From an uncultured Spirochaetota bacterium (GTDB lineage: Bacteria > Spirochaetota > UBA4802 > UBA5368), in the NCBI GenBank assembly GCA_963762305.1, contig CAVXKM010000001.1, positions 752,316 through 816,315 of the forward strand: a stretch of DNA of 64,000 nt, read 5' to 3'. Position numbers and translations under genes: made by a program. Below are positions 1-10,215 of the stretch, in pieces; position 1 is the first letter of the stretch, and each line of letters starts with the position of its first letter. The notes beneath the pieces are model-generated. The model did no database searches. It was not told the DNA's origin and saw only the letters and a list, made by a program, of their open reading frames with translations.

Positions 1-1004
1 ATGAGGCAGTGGAAATCCTCTCCCATGAAGATGTCGTTGGGGACGACCTTCCCGGGCTGCATGAGCGAGAGCAGGGGATGGCGGGCTCCGTGCAGATTGA
101 TGAGGGGTTCGCCGGTCACCGCCGGCTCCGTCCCCCGGATCTCCAGGCTCAGCCGTGCGGCGGCGTTCAGGAAGTCAAGCGTGCCGACGAAGGCCAGGTT
201 CGAACGCAGCTCGCCGGCGTTCGCGCCCACCGCGGCGGAGAGCTCCTTGAGGATCCTGCCGGTTTCGATCTGCAGGTCGGCCGCCAGGGAGGCGATCCGG
301 TTGTTGAGGGGAATGATTTCGTAAGGCTCCACGAAGAGGGTGGCGCCGCTCGAGGAGATGTCCAGGGTGTTCCCCTGCAGCCCGTGCTTCATGGAGGCCC
401 GTACGAGTACAACATACCGTTCGTTGCGCGTCGTGAAAAGTTTCTCCTGGAGCACCTTCTCCATCGCGGGGGAATAGATGAGGGAGTGGAGCCTCTTTTC
501 CATTTCCTGCCGAAGGGAGTGCATGTCCTCCCTGATGCGGCGGAGCTCGGGGAACCTCGCCGGGTTGAGCTCGCCGCTCTCGGTGACGGCCGGGACGAGC
601 TGCTCGCCCAGGTCTTTCAGGGGGGCGATGTCTTTCCTTTCGTCGGCCAGGGAGGGAAGCTGGTTCTTGAAGCGGCCCAGGAATGCGCCGATGCGCTGCG
701 AGGTGATGATGAAATCCCTGACACGCGTGAGCCCCTGCAGCGGCACGACGCCGCCCTTTTCCGAGAGGTCCAGCAGCTCCGTGATGTCCGTTACGAGCGA
801 AAAATCGAGGGCCTCGCCCTGCCGCGAGAGTTCCTTTATCTCCGTTATTTTCCGGAGCTGCAGCCGAAGCGGTTCAATGGGCAGCGGCGCGAGGGACCGG
901 GCCCGCGCCCTTCCCGGGTCTGTGGCGCACCGGGCCAGGAGCTCGGATTCGACGGCGCCCCATTCCAGGACCTCCCGGACCTTCTCGGAAACGGCCTCGG
1001 ACAT
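1..1004 (-). CDS. mutS2: Endonuclease MutS2, N-terminal part (gene continues beyond window start)
   Basis: Not in ORF track (no stop in window). Manual minus-strand translation from ATG at 1004..1002 gives MSEAVSEKVREVLEWGAVESELLARC...LFVEPYEIIPLNNRIASL...LDFLNAAARLSLEIRG...INLHGARHPLL. This is typical MutS2 N-terminal/core layout. The listed + strand ORFs 1..324, 9..1157 and 478..1440 are antisense artefacts. Confidence 0.8.
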   Translation of the reverse strand, partial: MSEAVSEKVREVLEWGAVESELLARCATDPGRARARSLAPLPIEPLRLQLRKITEIKELSRQGEALDFSLVTDITELLDLSEKGGVVPLQGLTRVRDFIITSQRIGAFLGRFKNQLPSLADERKDIAPLKDLGEQLVPAVTESGELNPARFPELRRIREDMHSLRQEMEKRLHSLIYSPAMEKVLQEKLFTTRNERYVVLVRASMKHGLQGNTLDISSSGATLFVEPYEIIPLNNRIASLAADLQIETGRILKELSAAVGANAGELRSNLAFVGTLDFLNAAARLSLEIRGTEPAVTGEPLINLHGARHPLLSLMQPGKVVPNDIFMGEDFHCL

Positions 1005-1020
1005 TACAAGCCCGTCCCGG

Positions 1021-1956
1021 TCACCCGGCCTGTTTCGCGTTTTTATTCTTCGCGGGGAGGAGCACCGAGGCGAGGATGGAGACCAGGAGGATACCCGCGA
1101 CCACGCCCAGCGCGGCGCCTACGGGTATTTTGTAGAATTCAGAGACGAGCATCTTGACTCCCACGAAGACCAGGATCGTCGCGAGGCCGTACTTGAGATA
1201 ATGAAAGAGCGGCATGATCCCTGCCATGGCGAAATACAGCGCCCGGAGTCCCAGGATCGCGAAGATGTTCGAAGTATAGACGATGAAACGGTCCAGCGTG
1301 ATGGCGAGGATCGCCGGGATGGAATCCACCGCGAAGATCACGTCGGTGGTTTCAATGGCCAGCACCACAACGAAGAGCGGTGTTGCGATGAGCTTTCCGC
1401 CCTCTTTAGTAAAAAAATTCCCTTTCACATAGTCCCTTGAAACAGGCATGATGCGCCTGAACATCCTGACAACGATGTTCCTGTCCGGGTGCACTTCCTG
1501 TTCCTCGTGCATGGCCATCCTGATCCCGATGTACACGAGGAAGACCCCGAACACGTATATGATCCATTCGAGCTTTTCGATGAGGGCGATACCGGTAAAA
1601 ATGAAAACCGCCCGCATCACCACGGCGCCGAGGATCCCCCAGAAGAGCACCTTGTGACGGTACTCGGGCGGCACGCCGAAAAAACCGAATATCATAATAA
1701 AGACGAAAATATTGTCGACGCTCAGGGAGTACTCGATCAGATACCCCGTAAGGAATTCCATGAAGCTGTGCGGGCCCTTGAAGAAATATATGCCAATATC
1801 GAATAACAGCGCCAGTGAAACCCAGAACGCCACCCAGGCGAAGGCTTCCTTGATCTTTATCTCGTGCTGCCGGCGCTGCAGCACCACGAGGTCCAGCAGC
1901 AGCAGGCCGAGAATGAGAATGAAAAATCCGATCCACATCGCGTATTGCATGAACAT
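1021..1956 (-). CDS. TerC family integral membrane protein (Alx-like)
   Basis: 311 aa, multi-TM. LIEYSLSVDNIFVF and ETTDVIFAVDSIPAI motifs are characteristic of TerC/Alx family. Confidence 0.85.
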   Translation of the reverse strand: MFMQYAMWIGFFILILGLLLLDLVVLQRRQHEIKIKEAFAWVAFWVSLALLFDIGIYFFKGPHSFMEFLTGYLIEYSLSVDNIFVFIMIFGFFGVPPEYRHKVLFWGILGAVVMRAVFIFTGIALIEKLEWIIYVFGVFLVYIGIRMAMHEEQEVHPDRNIVVRMFRRIMPVSRDYVKGNFFTKEGGKLIATPLFVVVLAIETTDVIFAVDSIPAILAITLDRFIVYTSNIFAILGLRALYFAMAGIMPLFHYLKYGLATILVFVGVKMLVSEFYKIPVGAALGVVAGILLVSILASVLLPAKNKNAKQAG

Positions 1957-2020
1957 GTTTCTGAACCAGCTCCTTTTGAATTATCCGCTCTTTCGATTAA
2001 ACGATTCTTAACATCCGGAA

Positions 2021-2968
2021 TCATTCTTCCGTCTTCCCGGGCGGGACAGTCCCGTTATTCTTGGCAGGGAACAGCAAAGACGCGATAATGGAAATGGCCA
2101 GGGCGCCCCCCACTACGGCCAGGGCCGCCGTCACCGGCATCTTGTAAAAATCCGCCAGCAGCATCTTGACTCCCACGAATACCAGGATGAATGAAAGCCC
2201 GTAATGGAGGTAATTGAAAAGCTTCATGACTCCGGCTATAGCGAAATAGAGCGCGCGCAGCCCGAGAATGGCGAAGACGTTCGACGTGAACACGATGAAT
2301 GGATCAAAGGTGATGGAGAGAATGGCCGGGATTGAGTCCATCGCGAAGACCAGGTCGGTCGTCTCGATGACCACCAGCACCACGAAGAGCGGCGTGGCCA
2401 TGGTACGGCCCGCCTTCCTCACGAAGAATCTTGAACCTATATAGTCCGAGGTCACGGGAACGAACCGCTTGAAAAGCCTGAGCACCGGGTTTTTCTCCGG
2501 GTGAATCTCCTTCTCCTTCTCGAAGGCCATCTTGATGCCGATGAATACCAGGAATGCGCCGAATATGTATATGACCCAGTGGAGCCGTGTGACCAGGGCA
2601 ACGCCGGCGAAAATGAATGCCGCCCGCATTATCAATGCGCCCATTATTCCCCAGAACAATACTTCGTGCTGGTACCGTACATCGACCTTGAAATAGGAGA
2701 ATATCAGGATGAACACGAAAATGTTATCCACGCTGAGGGACTTCTCTATGAGATACCCCGTAAGGAATTCCAGGGCTTTTTCGGCTCCCATGAAGACATA
2801 TATTCCCAGGTTGAAGACCAGGGAAATGACGATCCATATCACCGTCCAGAAAAGCGCCTCCCCGATTTTGATTTCATGATGGTCGCGGTGCAGCACCTTC
2901 AGGTCCAGGATGAGCATCCCCAGGATAAACGCGACGAATCCTCCCCAGAGCAAAAAGTCATATGTCAT
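2021..2968 (-). CDS. TerC family integral membrane protein, tandem paralogue
   Basis: 315 aa, collinear with the neighbouring TerC gene. Motifs LIEKSLSVDNIFVF and ETTDLVFAMDSIPAI. Confidence 0.85.
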   Translation of the reverse strand: MTYDFLLWGGFVAFILGMLILDLKVLHRDHHEIKIGEALFWTVIWIVISLVFNLGIYVFMGAEKALEFLTGYLIEKSLSVDNIFVFILIFSYFKVDVRYQHEVLFWGIMGALIMRAAFIFAGVALVTRLHWVIYIFGAFLVFIGIKMAFEKEKEIHPEKNPVLRLFKRFVPVTSDYIGSRFFVRKAGRTMATPLFVVLVVIETTDLVFAMDSIPAILSITFDPFIVFTSNVFAILGLRALYFAIAGVMKLFNYLHYGLSFILVFVGVKMLLADFYKMPVTAALAVVGGALAISIIASLLFPAKNNGTVPPGKTEE

Positions 2969-3007
2969 GTGCGCACCCTTGGCGGAAACAGTTCGGTTGA
3001 TATCTCA

Positions 3008-4096
3008 TTAAAACCACTTTTTCCTTCTGAAATAAAACACCATTAACAGAGCGGTGCCTATCATAACCATGATCACTGAAAGATATCCCCAGCGCCACTC
3101 CAGTTCCGGCATGAACCTGAAATTCATGCCGTACACTCCCGCGATGAAGCTCAACGGGATGAAGATCGTGGTGATTATCGTCAGCAGCTTCATCACCTGG
3201 TTCATCCTGTTGTTGATGCTGGAAAGGTACACGTCGATCATGCCCGAAAGCATGTCCCTGAAGAGCTCTATCGTGTCTATGATCTGTATCACGTGGTCGT
3301 ACACGTCCTTGAAATAGACCAGCGTTGAATCGTTTATCATCGAAGACTCGCCGCGCTCGAGGGCGCTGATGGCCTCCCGCAGGGGCCATACGGCCTTGCG
3401 CAGGAAAATCATTTCGCGCTTCAGGGAATGAATGGCGCCCGCCGTGCCTTCCCGCGGGTCCGCGATAAGCTCGTCCTCGATCACCTCGATCTTTTCCCCG
3501 ATCTTTTCGAGAATGCCGAAGTAATTGTCGACGATCGAGTCGATGAGCGCGCACACCAGGTAGTCGGCGCCGCTTTTCCTCACGCGGCCCTTGTCGTTGA
3601 GGATGCGGTCGATGATCGGTATAAAATCATCTCCTTCCCTTTCCTGCAGGGTCACGACGAAGTCCCTGCCGAGTATGATGCTTATCTGTTCGGGGACTAT
3701 TTCGCCGCGGGCCGCGTCGAACTGCAGGGCCTTGAGCACCATGTAGCTGTAGTCGTCCCAGTCGTCGATCTTGGGCCTCTGGTTGGTGTTGAGAATGTCC
3801 TCCATGACCAGGGGATGCAGGTTGTATATGCGTCCGATCTCCTCGATCACGTCTACCCGGTGTATGCCCACAACGTCTACCCACCGCACGCGGGGTTCCC
3901 CGATGCTGGAGTCGCACTCGGAGATGCTTTGCACGTCGCAAATGTTGAAGTTCTTCTCGTTGTAGTCGATGACAAGAATCTTGACCGCTTCTGTCTTCTT
4001 CTCCCCAACGTGCACCAGGGTCCCCGGGGGGAGCCCTTTCTTCCTGGATATCTTTTCCGCGAATCTCCTCACGCTCCCTCCTGCCGCGGCGTGCAT
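3008..4096 (-). CDS. corA: Magnesium/cobalt transporter CorA
   Basis: 362 aa. C-terminal two TM helices with the GMN signature (AGVYGMNFRFMPEL) and a CorA-type cytoplasmic domain. Confidence 0.9.
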   Translation of the reverse strand: MHAAAGGSVRRFAEKISRKKGLPPGTLVHVGEKKTEAVKILVIDYNEKNFNICDVQSISECDSSIGEPRVRWVDVVGIHRVDVIEEIGRIYNLHPLVMEDILNTNQRPKIDDWDDYSYMVLKALQFDAARGEIVPEQISIILGRDFVVTLQEREGDDFIPIIDRILNDKGRVRKSGADYLVCALIDSIVDNYFGILEKIGEKIEVIEDELIADPREGTAGAIHSLKREMIFLRKAVWPLREAISALERGESSMINDSTLVYFKDVYDHVIQIIDTIELFRDMLSGMIDVYLSSINNRMNQVMKLLTIITTIFIPLSFIAGVYGMNFRFMPELEWRWGYLSVIMVMIGTALLMVFYFRRKKWF

Positions 4097-4160
4097 TCCC
4101 CGGACGCGGCGAGCTCAGCTCCGCGGGTAAACGAGGGGCCTTCACCGGCGGAAAGCCCGT

Positions 4161-4448
4161 TCATCCTCCGTTGCCCTCTGCCCGTCCCGGTTTCAGTCTC
4201 ACGACGGTGGCCCCCCAATTGCCAGCCTCATCGCCGAACTCGATGACCCTGCCGTTTTTCTTCAGCTCGGAGGCGACCATGCTCTTTATCACCGAGCGGC
4301 CCTTCCCGTGGACAATACGTACCGAATGTACACCCCGCTCGGCGGCGGTGTCAATAAATTCAGCGAGGACGGCTTTCACGTCCGCGGGATTGAAGTGGTG
4401 CAGATCCAGCTCATCGCTGATCTCGATGCGTATAATTTCATCTTCCAC
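4161..4448 (-). CDS. Smr domain-containing protein (stand-alone)
   Basis: 95 aa. DLHHFNPADV...VRIVHGKGRSVIK matches the Smr/MutS2 C-terminal nuclease-domain pattern. Confidence 0.75.
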   Translation of the reverse strand: MEDEIIRIEISDELDLHHFNPADVKAVLAEFIDTAAERGVHSVRIVHGKGRSVIKSMVASELKKNGRVIEFGDEAGNWGATVVRLKPGRAEGNGG

Positions 4449-4452
4449 GGGA

Positions 4453-5424
4453 TTACCAGATAAAGAGGAGGGGATTGAGCATCCTGCCGTGACGCATCAT
4501 CATGAAGTGGAGGTGCGGCCCCGTGGACCGGCCCGTTGAACCCACGCGCCCGATTACCGTGTCCTTCTCCACCCAGTCGCCCTTCTTCACGGCGATGGAA
4601 GAGCAGTGGCCGTATACGGTGACATAGCCGTCCGGGTGCTGCACGACAACGGTCAGCCCGTAACCGTCCTGCCAGCCGGTGCAGGACACCATGCCCTCGC
4701 GGGCCGGAAAGATGGGGGTATGCATGCGGACCTGGATGTCCACGCCGTTGTGGAAGGCCGTGCCCTCTCTCATGGGATCCACACGGTCGCCGTAGAGAGA
4801 CGAGTAGAGGCCTTTTCTTATGGGCGACTGGAAGATGCGCCGGATGTTGTAGAGAGACTCCAGGTTCCGGTTCACCAGGTACGGCCGGGCGTCAGGGAAG
4901 AAGGCCAACCGGATATCGTCAGGGGAGATTATGCGGAAGACGGATTGGATGTAATTCCCCCGGGCGCCCTTCCCGCTCCCCAGGCGGCGTGACATGCGGT
5001 AGACGTCGAATACGTTGTCCACAGGCATGAGGACGCCGTCGGCGAGGGGCACCACTATCTCGACTCCCTCGCGCGCCACGAGCGAGGTGAGGAAGGGATT
5101 TGCCGCTATGATGGTGTCGATCGAGACGCCGTGACGCCTGCCCACGTCCCAGTAAGACTCGCCGTCTCTCAGGGTGTGGATGCGGATCCTGACGCCCATG
5201 TCGTGGGGGTATTCGCGGATGAGCCTCACGTATTCCCTGGCATCGATGAAAAAGGGGAACCCTTCCCTCGCCGAGTAGCTGCGCGGATCGACCCGGACCC
5301 TTTTCACGAAGACGGCGGCGGCAATATTCCCCGCGACGACGACGGTGAACGCGATGCCGGCGACCGCGTGCGCGAGCTTCTTTATCTGCCATACGCGGTA
5401 ATTGGTGATGGGCCAGCCGTTCAT
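4453..5424 (-). CDS. M23 family metallopeptidase with LysM domain
   Basis: 323 aa. N-terminal TM, LysM-like segment (GESYWDVGRRHGVSIDTIIAANPF), and M23 motifs HNGVDI and GSTGRSTGPHLHF. Confidence 0.85.
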   Translation of the reverse strand: MNGWPITNYRVWQIKKLAHAVAGIAFTVVVAGNIAAAVFVKRVRVDPRSYSAREGFPFFIDAREYVRLIREYPHDMGVRIRIHTLRDGESYWDVGRRHGVSIDTIIAANPFLTSLVAREGVEIVVPLADGVLMPVDNVFDVYRMSRRLGSGKGARGNYIQSVFRIISPDDIRLAFFPDARPYLVNRNLESLYNIRRIFQSPIRKGLYSSLYGDRVDPMREGTAFHNGVDIQVRMHTPIFPAREGMVSCTGWQDGYGLTVVVQHPDGYVTVYGHCSSIAVKKGDWVEKDTVIGRVGSTGRSTGPHLHFMMMRHGRMLNPLLFIW

Positions 5425-6239
5425 GCCTTTTTCTCCGAGAGGCGCGAGGCCCTCGTGGTCGCCGCCTCGACGGCGTCCATTATAATCCCGGAAAATCCCG
5501 CCCGGTCAAGGATGTGCAGGCCTTCTATCGTGGTGCCTCCCGGAGAGGCCACCTTCGCCCGCAGCGTCATGGGGTCCTGGCCGGTTTCGAGCACCATCTC
5601 CGCCGCCCCGAGGGCCGTCTGCGCCGCGAGGACGAGCGCCTTGTCCCTCGGGAGGCCCATCTTGACGCCGCCGTCCGCGAGCGCGCTGATCATGGTGAAG
5701 ATGTAGGCGGGGCCGCTGCCGGACAGGCCGGTCACGGCGTTCATGAACCGTTCCGGCAGCACCATCACCGCCCCGAGGTGGGAGAATATCTCCTCCACCA
5801 TCTTGAGAGACCCCTCGTCCATCTCCCTGTTCGGGGAAATGACGGTCATTCCTTTTCGCACGAGCGCGGGCGTGTTGGGCATGACCCGCGCGATTTTGAC
5901 CGCTCGCGGGACAAGTGATTCCATCGTCTCGAGTCCGACGCCGGCGGCCACGGAGACAATTATCTTCCCGGCAATGTGCGGCGCTACCTCCCTGAGCAGG
6001 GCCGGCACCGCGTCCGGCTTGACGGCTATGATTATTACCTCGCTGTCCCGGCAGAGCTCTTCCAGGGAATCCACGGAGCGCACGCCGGATTTCCTCTTGG
6101 CATCCTGGATCCGGTCGGGTTCGATGTCATAGCACGATATGGACTTGATGTCCATGCTCCGGGCGAGTCCCGTCACTATGGCGCTCCCCATGTTGCCTAT
6201 GCCGATGCACCCGACGGATGTGTTACTGAGCAGGCTCAT
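5421..6239 (-). CDS. proC: Pyrroline-5-carboxylate reductase
   Basis: 272 aa. N-terminal Rossmann motif IGIGNMGSAI and C-terminal ProC signature SPGGTTIEGL. ATGA overlap with the downstream M23 gene. Confidence 0.9.
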   Translation of the reverse strand: MSLLSNTSVGCIGIGNMGSAIVTGLARSMDIKSISCYDIEPDRIQDAKRKSGVRSVDSLEELCRDSEVIIIAVKPDAVPALLREVAPHIAGKIIVSVAAGVGLETMESLVPRAVKIARVMPNTPALVRKGMTVISPNREMDEGSLKMVEEIFSHLGAVMVLPERFMNAVTGLSGSGPAYIFTMISALADGGVKMGLPRDKALVLAAQTALGAAEMVLETGQDPMTLRAKVASPGGTTIEGLHILDRAGFSGIIMDAVEAATTRASRLSEKKA

Positions 6240-6924
6240 CGCCTTCGCTCCTCGTGCCGAATATCAGGGTTCCTACACGAACGATGGTGGCCCCCTCCTC
6301 AACGGCGATGGCGTAATCGGATGACATGCCCATGGAGAGCTCCCGGAGAGGGTACCCGAGCCTGCCGGCTATGTCGTCCCGCAGCGCTCTCAGGAGGCGG
6401 AAGGATTCGCGTATTTTACCCGTGTCTTCCGTGAAGGGGCCTATAGTCATGAGACCACAAAGCCTGGTATTTTGCAATATTAATATGTCCCTGCACAGCG
6501 CGAGCGCCCCCGGGGGTTCAATGCCGCTCTTGGTCTCCTCTCCGGAGGTGTTGACCTGGACCAGCACGTCCTGTGTCTTGCCGGCCTTCGCGGCTTCCCG
6601 GTCCACGGCGGCGGCGGTCCCGATTTTGTCGATGGAATGAATGAGGTCAAAGAGCCTGACGGCGTCCCGCGCCTTGTTGGACTGGAGATGCCCCACCAGG
6701 TGAAAGGAAAAATCTCCTTTTAAAAGCGGTATTTTGTCCCGGGCTTCCTGCACCCTGTTCTCGCCGAACAGGCGGATGCCTTCGTCGATGGCGCGCTGGA
6801 CGATATCGGCCGGGAAGGTCTTCGAGACGGCGACGACCGAGACGCCGGCGGGGTCCCTGCCTGCCGCGCCGGCCGCTCTCTCGATTTCGGCGCGCACCGC
6901 GTTATAGCCCTCAATGAAACCCAT
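6223..6924 (-). CDS. yggS: YggS family pyridoxal-phosphate homeostasis protein
   Basis: 233 aa. VAVSKT (PLP lysine), HLVGHLQSNK and LSMGMSSDY motifs typical of YggS/PROSC. Confidence 0.85.
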   Translation of the reverse strand: MGFIEGYNAVRAEIERAAGAAGRDPAGVSVVAVSKTFPADIVQRAIDEGIRLFGENRVQEARDKIPLLKGDFSFHLVGHLQSNKARDAVRLFDLIHSIDKIGTAAAVDREAAKAGKTQDVLVQVNTSGEETKSGIEPPGALALCRDILILQNTRLCGLMTIGPFTEDTGKIRESFRLLRALRDDIAGRLGYPLRELSMGMSSDYAIAVEEGATIVRVGTLIFGTRSEGDEPAQ

Positions 6925-7277
6925 TGCGTGAATCTACACGGCCCGATCCGGACGAGTCAAGGAGGTTTTCGAGCCTCACCAGCCGGTTCCCGGAATGGAC
7001 CAGGACCGTCGGGCCAGGGGGGAACGGCAATGAAAGGTGATTTTACCGATGAATTGGGGATCGGAATGGGGAAAAGGTGCCTATGGATTCATTGGGGGAG
7101 GCATTTTTTAATTGTGTACGGCACACCTCTCATGGATACTGGGCCGCTGTGACACGGGCAGATGCTTCCGCGCGTGTGACGGCGCAGATTTGACCGCCTC
7201 CCGGCAGATTAAGGGCGCTCACGCGCCCCGGGAATCGCCCGGTGCCGCGGTTGCATGCCGTAAAACCGGGGTATGCC

Positions 7278-8789
7278 ATGAGACATCTTTTTGCCCGAAA
7301 GCCCCTTGGACTCATCCTGGACGAGATGAAGGACGATCACCGCCTCCGGAGGGTCCTCGGGCCCGTTACCCTCACGAGCCTGGGGATTGGGGCCATAATA
7401 GGGACCGGTATATTCGTCCTCACCGGCATCGCGGCGCACGACAAGGCGGGCCCGGCCCTCGCGCTCTCTTTTCTCGTGGCGGGCGTGGCCTGCGTTTTCG
7501 CGGCCCTTTGCTACTCCGAGTTCGCCTCCATGGTGCCCGTCGCGGGTTCGGCGTACACCTACGCCTACGCGACACTGGGCGAATTACCGGCGTGGATAAT
7601 CGGCTGGGACCTCGTTCTCGAGTACGCCGTTACCTCCGCCGTCGTTGCGCATGGCTGGTCACACTATTTCCAGGACTTCCTGGGGATATTCGGCGTCAGC
7701 ATCCCGGCCGTGCTCCGGAAGGCGCCGCTGGATTTCGACCCGTCGCTCGGCACGCTCACGGCCACGGGGTCCTTCATGGATCTGCCGGCCATCATAATAA
7801 CGATCGCCATCACCGTCATCCTGGTCAAGGGAATCCGGGAGAGCGCCGGTTTCAACGCCGTCATGGTGGCGGTCAAGCTCCTGGCCGTGATGTTCGTCAT
7901 CGGCGTGGGGGCCTTTTACGTCCGGCCGGAGAACTGGAGGCCCTTTGCCCCGTTCGGCTACACGGGCATAAGCTTCTTCGGCAAGACCATTATGGGCCAA
8001 ACCGGCGCGGGAGGGGTGCCGCTGGGAATGCTGGCGGGCGCGGCAACCATATTCTTCGCCTATATCGGCTTCGATTCCGTCTCGACCCATGCCGAGGAGG
8101 CGAAAAACCCCAAAAGGGACGTGCCGATCGGGATTATCACGTCTCTCGTCATCTGCACGGTGCTCTACATTGCCGTGGCCGGCGTGCTTACCGGCATGGT
8201 CCCCTACCAGAATATAAGCATTGACGCTCCCGTGTCCGACGCCTTCCGGCAGGCGGGGTTGCCGTGGGCACAGCTGATCGTTTCGGTGGGCGCGCTCACG
8301 GGAATAACCTCGGTGCTCCTGGTGATGATGCTCAGCCAGCCGAGGATCTTCCTGGCCATGGCGCGGGACGGGATGCTGCCCCCCGGTTTTTTCGGTGCCG
8401 TGCACCCGCGCTTCCGGACGCCCTGGAAATCAACGATCCTCACCGGTGCCTTCGCCGGCCTGCTGGCGGCTTTCCTGCCGCTGCGCGTCCTGGCCGAGCT
8501 CGTCAACATCGGGACCCTGCTCGCCTTTGTTATCGTGTGTGCCGCCGTTCTGGTCCTCAGGAGAACCCACCCCGAGTTCCCGCGTCCCTTCCGGACCCCT
8601 CTCGTGCCGCTCACGCCTCTGCTCGGCATGGGCCTCTGCCTGCTCCTCATGTTCTCCCTGCCGGCGGAAACCTGGCTTCGCCTGTTCGCGTGGCTCGGGG
8701 CGGGTTTGGTGATATATTTGTTCTACGGGAGGAAACGCAGTGTCCTCGCCAGGATCCGGGGGGGCGGCAGGGAAAAGAAGGATGGCTAA
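7278..8789 (+). CDS. APC-superfamily amino acid permease (cationic amino-acid transporter-like)
   Basis: ORF 7242..8789. About 12-14 TM, with SLGIGAIIGTGIFVLTG and FAYIGFD motifs of APC/CAT permeases. Start is uncertain: 7242 or ATG 7278 (MRHLFARKPL). Confidence 0.8.
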   Translation: MRHLFARKPLGLILDEMKDDHRLRRVLGPVTLTSLGIGAIIGTGIFVLTGIAAHDKAGPALALSFLVAGVACVFAALCYSEFASMVPVAGSAYTYAYATLGELPAWIIGWDLVLEYAVTSAVVAHGWSHYFQDFLGIFGVSIPAVLRKAPLDFDPSLGTLTATGSFMDLPAIIITIAITVILVKGIRESAGFNAVMVAVKLLAVMFVIGVGAFYVRPENWRPFAPFGYTGISFFGKTIMGQTGAGGVPLGMLAGAATIFFAYIGFDSVSTHAEEAKNPKRDVPIGIITSLVICTVLYIAVAGVLTGMVPYQNISIDAPVSDAFRQAGLPWAQLIVSVGALTGITSVLLVMMLSQPRIFLAMARDGMLPPGFFGAVHPRFRTPWKSTILTGAFAGLLAAFLPLRVLAELVNIGTLLAFVIVCAAVLVLRRTHPEFPRPFRTPLVPLTPLLGMGLCLLLMFSLPAETWLRLFAWLGAGLVIYLFYGRKRSVLARIRGGGREKKDG

Positions 8790-10077
8790 AACCGTATCGA
8801 TCAAGACCCTCGGGTGCAAGCTCAACCAGTACGAGTCAGCCCTAATCGCGGACAAGTTCATCCGCCGGGGATGGGAAATACGGCCCTTCGGCGAGACAGT
8901 GGACCTGGTCATCGTGAACACCTGCACCGTCACCGACCGGAGCGACAGGAAATGCAGGAACTATATACGCCAGGGGGCCCGCTTTTCGCGGCTGGGAAGG
9001 ACGGTGGTTACCGGGTGCCTGGCGGAACGCGCGGGAACGGACCTGAACTCCATGCCCGAGGTGGCGGCGGTCTTCCGGAACGCCGAAAAGGCGGACCTGT
9101 GCCGCCGTCTCGAGGGACTGATGGGGGCGTCTCCCGAGGAGGAAGGGCGCGCGGCCGCTGCCGGGGACGAGTGGGGCGATGAAAATCCTCTTCCCTTCGG
9201 CCACACCCGCGGTTACCTCAAGATACAGGACGGTTGTGACGGGCACTGCGCCTTTTGCGTCGTTCCCTCCGTGCGAGGCGCCCCGCGCAGCCGGGGGCTA
9301 GAGGCGGTCATCGACCACGCGAGGCGTCTCATCGGTTCCGGATGCCCGGAACTCATACTCACGGGCGTCACCATCGGCCGGTATCAGAGCGGGAACGGCG
9401 ACCTGGCGGCCGCGGTGGAGGCGCTGGCGGCCCTCCCGGGAGATTTCAGGCTGCGCATAACCTCCATTGAGCCCCACCACCTGGGAGAGCGGCTCATCGG
9501 GCTCCTGGGGAGCGGGAAGGTGTGCCCCCACATCCATCTGCCGCTGCAATCGGGTTCCGATCGCGTCCTGCGCAGCATGAACAGGCCCTACACGGCGGGC
9601 GAGTACCTGGCGCTCGTGGAGAAAATCCGGAAGAAAGACGATCGAATCGCCCTGGGGACCGATATAATCATCGGTTTTCCCGGCGAAGACGAGGCCGATT
9701 TTCAAAGGAGCCTGGACGCGGTCCGCCAGGCGGGCTTCTCCTACGTGCACCAGTTCGGCTTTTCACCCCGTTCGGGAACTCCGGCCTCCCGGATGAACGG
9801 ACGATGCGCCGGTCAAGTTATGGCGGAGCGCTCTGCGCGCATGCGGGAGCATGCGCGCGAGGAGGGGCTCCGGTACCGGAGGCGCTTCGTCGGGAGTCTT
9901 TTGCCCTCGGTCGTAGAGAAAAACGCCCGCGATGCAGGATTTACGGCCGTGAGCGACAATTATATAAAGATCCGCCTGGAAGAAAACCCGTGCAACGGCA
10001 AAATGGCGGGCTCTGTCCGTCCGGTGCGCCTGCTCGGCGTAGGCAGTGAAGGGGCGCGCGGCGTCGTGGTGCCGTGA
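8782..10077 (+). CDS. mtaB: Radical-SAM methylthiotransferase, MtaB/MiaB-like
   Basis: N-terminal UPF0004 domain (KTLGCKLNQYES), radical SAM CxxxCxxC (CDGHCAFC) and a C-terminal TRAM-like region. ATG 8782 overlaps the permease stop by 8 nt. Confidence 0.8.
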   Translation: MAKTVSIKTLGCKLNQYESALIADKFIRRGWEIRPFGETVDLVIVNTCTVTDRSDRKCRNYIRQGARFSRLGRTVVTGCLAERAGTDLNSMPEVAAVFRNAEKADLCRRLEGLMGASPEEEGRAAAAGDEWGDENPLPFGHTRGYLKIQDGCDGHCAFCVVPSVRGAPRSRGLEAVIDHARRLIGSGCPELILTGVTIGRYQSGNGDLAAAVEALAALPGDFRLRITSIEPHHLGERLIGLLGSGKVCPHIHLPLQSGSDRVLRSMNRPYTAGEYLALVEKIRKKDDRIALGTDIIIGFPGEDEADFQRSLDAVRQAGFSYVHQFGFSPRSGTPASRMNGRCAGQVMAERSARMREHAREEGLRYRRRFVGSLLPSVVEKNARDAGFTAVSDNYIKIRLEENPCNGKMAGSVRPVRLLGVGSEGARGVVVP

Positions 10078-10215
10078 AGCAAGGTACGCGACGCTGCGGC
10101 GGTGAAGCTGCCATCTCGACCGGAATCACCGGGCGGCCTCTTTTCCGCGGAAGTCTCCCGAGCCTGAAAAATTCCCCTAAAACGAGCTTTTTTTAGATGC
10201 GACATAATTTTTTTG

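Noticed and set aside
9-1440. Plus-strand ORFs 1..324, 9..1157 and 478..1440 at the left edge
   Set aside because: The minus strand encodes a recognisable MutS2 N-terminus starting at 1004. The plus-strand ORFs are its shadow and have no recognisable motifs.
1957-3007. Looked for a yybP-ykoY (Mn2+) riboswitch upstream of the TerC genes
   Set aside because: The intergenic spacers are only 64 and 39 nt, too short for the ~100+ nt element, and no conserved motif is seen.
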